From Candidatus Nitrosocosmicus sp. (GTDB taxonomy: Archaea > Thermoproteota > Nitrososphaeria > Nitrososphaerales > Nitrososphaeraceae): DNA of 13,081 nucleotides. The stretch spans positions 1-13,081 of the forward strand of contig JBBJMN010000056.1 in NCBI GenBank assembly GCA_037720485.1, written 5' to 3'. A model generated the notes under the pieces. That model searched no databases. It had not been told where the DNA came from and worked only from the letters and a program-made list of their open reading frames with translations. The stretch's first letter is position 1; each line of letters starts with the position of its first letter. Both the position numbers and the translations under genes were made by a program. Shown here piece by piece: positions 12,269-13,081 of this stretch.

Positions 12269-13081
12269 ATGGTGATTATGAATTTCCCCGTATTTGATTT
12301 TTTTAACATTTCAAAAACAATACTCAAAGAAAGCAATAAATCGGTTTATGTTACTTCTCTAATCCTGTTTTTTCTCTTTTTCTGTTCTCTTTTGGTATTC
12401 CACTCTCCTATTCAATATGCGCAGGGTCATTTTGATCATCTGTCTCACTATAATGGCGGAGGATTTGGCATCAGCGACAAATATTATGTTAACCAACAAC
12501 TGGAACCCACATACACAAAACCAAATGAGTTATCCAAGGTTATGTTCAGCGTTCAGGACAATGCTGGACGTGATGTGCAAAACATTGTCGCTATGGTTGA
12601 AATCTACTCACTCCATGGCGAAAGGGTCTCTGTTTTTCCTTGGTCCCATCTTGACATTGGTGACTTTGGCGTTCCCTTTGTGTTTCCAAAGGCTGGCAGT
12701 TACCATATTGTGCTCAGTGTGTTGAATAGTGGTGTTGACTCAAGCCAGATAATTAACACCGTGCCTCCTGCAAGATCGATTTTAGGTGATAATTCTAATT
12801 GTAACTGTGAAAGGGGTGTGTTTAACGTATCGATAACACAGAACTTTGGCACAATTTTTGTTATGGTTATTTATATTTCAATTTTTCTTGCTGTTTCTGT
12901 TTTGGGTGCTGCTTTGATTTGGATATTTTGGAGCAGAAGAAATAACAAGGCGTTTGACCCACTTTCAAATAACGATTTTGTAAAATATTCTGTTTTGTTT
13001 TTGGCTTTTGGTGCGTCAGTTGTACATCTAGCAGTAGCTCCAGGACACGCTGGCCTAAGGCTCGAGTACAGCCTCTTTTTA
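12269..13081 (+). CDS. Membrane protein of unknown function, 3'-partial (runs off the window); not on the supplied ORF track
   Basis: My own translation of the frame starting at ATG 12269 gives 271 codons with no stop to 13081. An in-frame TGA lies at 12251-12253; GTG alternatives at 12254 and 12257, ATG at 12278. Predicted signal anchor (VYVTSLILFFLFFCSLLVF), possible cleavage at YAQG, His-rich HFDHLSH, a ~130-aa beta-rich domain (VMFSVQDNAGRDV...FVFPKAGSYHIVLSV), C-N-C, then at least 2 TM helices. Starts 18 nt after the ctaA stop. Confidence 0.6.
   Translation, partial: MVIMNFPVFDFFNISKTILKESNKSVYVTSLILFFLFFCSLLVFHSPIQYAQGHFDHLSHYNGGGFGISDKYYVNQQLEPTYTKPNELSKVMFSVQDNAGRDVQNIVAMVEIYSLHGERVSVFPWSHLDIGDFGVPFVFPKAGSYHIVLSVLNSGVDSSQIINTVPPARSILGDNSNCNCERGVFNVSITQNFGTIFVMVIYISIFLAVSVLGAALIWIFWSRRNNKAFDPLSNNDFVKYSVLFLAFGASVVHLAVAPGHAGLRLEYSLFL

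Noticed and set aside
12417-12725. 102-aa plus-strand ORF from the track
   Set aside because: A different frame (ATG 12269) stays open for 271 codons to the window end and yields a coherent signal-anchor, beta-domain and TM architecture. The 12417 frame yields Cys/Leu-rich sequence with no structure.
1-13081. CRISPR arrays, IS elements, integrases and prophage ends
   Set aside because: There are no arrays of three or more regularly spaced repeats. The only tandem repeats have 2 to 2.6 copies with no spacers. No ORF has transposase, integrase or Cas-like motifs, and I noticed no long terminal inverted repeats.

Overview
AT-rich window (about mid-30s % GC by eye, not computed) with archaeal gene-start architecture: TATA-like boxes about 25-30 nt upstream of starts and oligo-T tracts after stops. 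The gene content suggests an ammonia-oxidising Nitrososphaerota (Thaumarchaeota) genome. The low coding density may indicate a soil lineage such as Nitrosocosmicus, but that is inference only. Right half (8.0-13.1 kb): a terminal heme-copper oxidase locus with no cytochrome c. It contains (1) a 91-aa ORF that looks like the detached signal peptide plus TM1 of subunit II. (2) CoxII, with a complete CuA motif, fused through a ~90-aa Thr/Ala/Gly/Asn-rich linker to an amicyanin-like type-1 copper domain. (3) CoxI, after a 250-bp AT-rich spacer. (4) A membrane-anchored cupredoxin whose copper domain is ~90% identical in protein to the domain fused to CoxII. (5) A compact 4-helix heme A synthase. 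(6) An open-ended membrane-protein ORF (12269 to window end) that is absent from the supplied ORF track. Two tandem duplications (60 nt and 16 nt) copy the start-codon regions of two of these genes and create decoy mini-ORFs. Middle (4.4-7.9 kb): housekeeping genes, namely AroQ chorismate mutase, a class-I aminotransferase, a small membrane protein, an F420/NADP oxidoreductase and a histidine phosphatase. Left 4.4 kb: one solid gene (a SAM methyltransferase); the rest is gene-poor, with short low-confidence ORFs, homopolymers, a 3-nt-periodic tract and a frame-shifting 19-bp tandem duplication. I found no tRNA, rRNA, CRISPR array, transposase or integrase.
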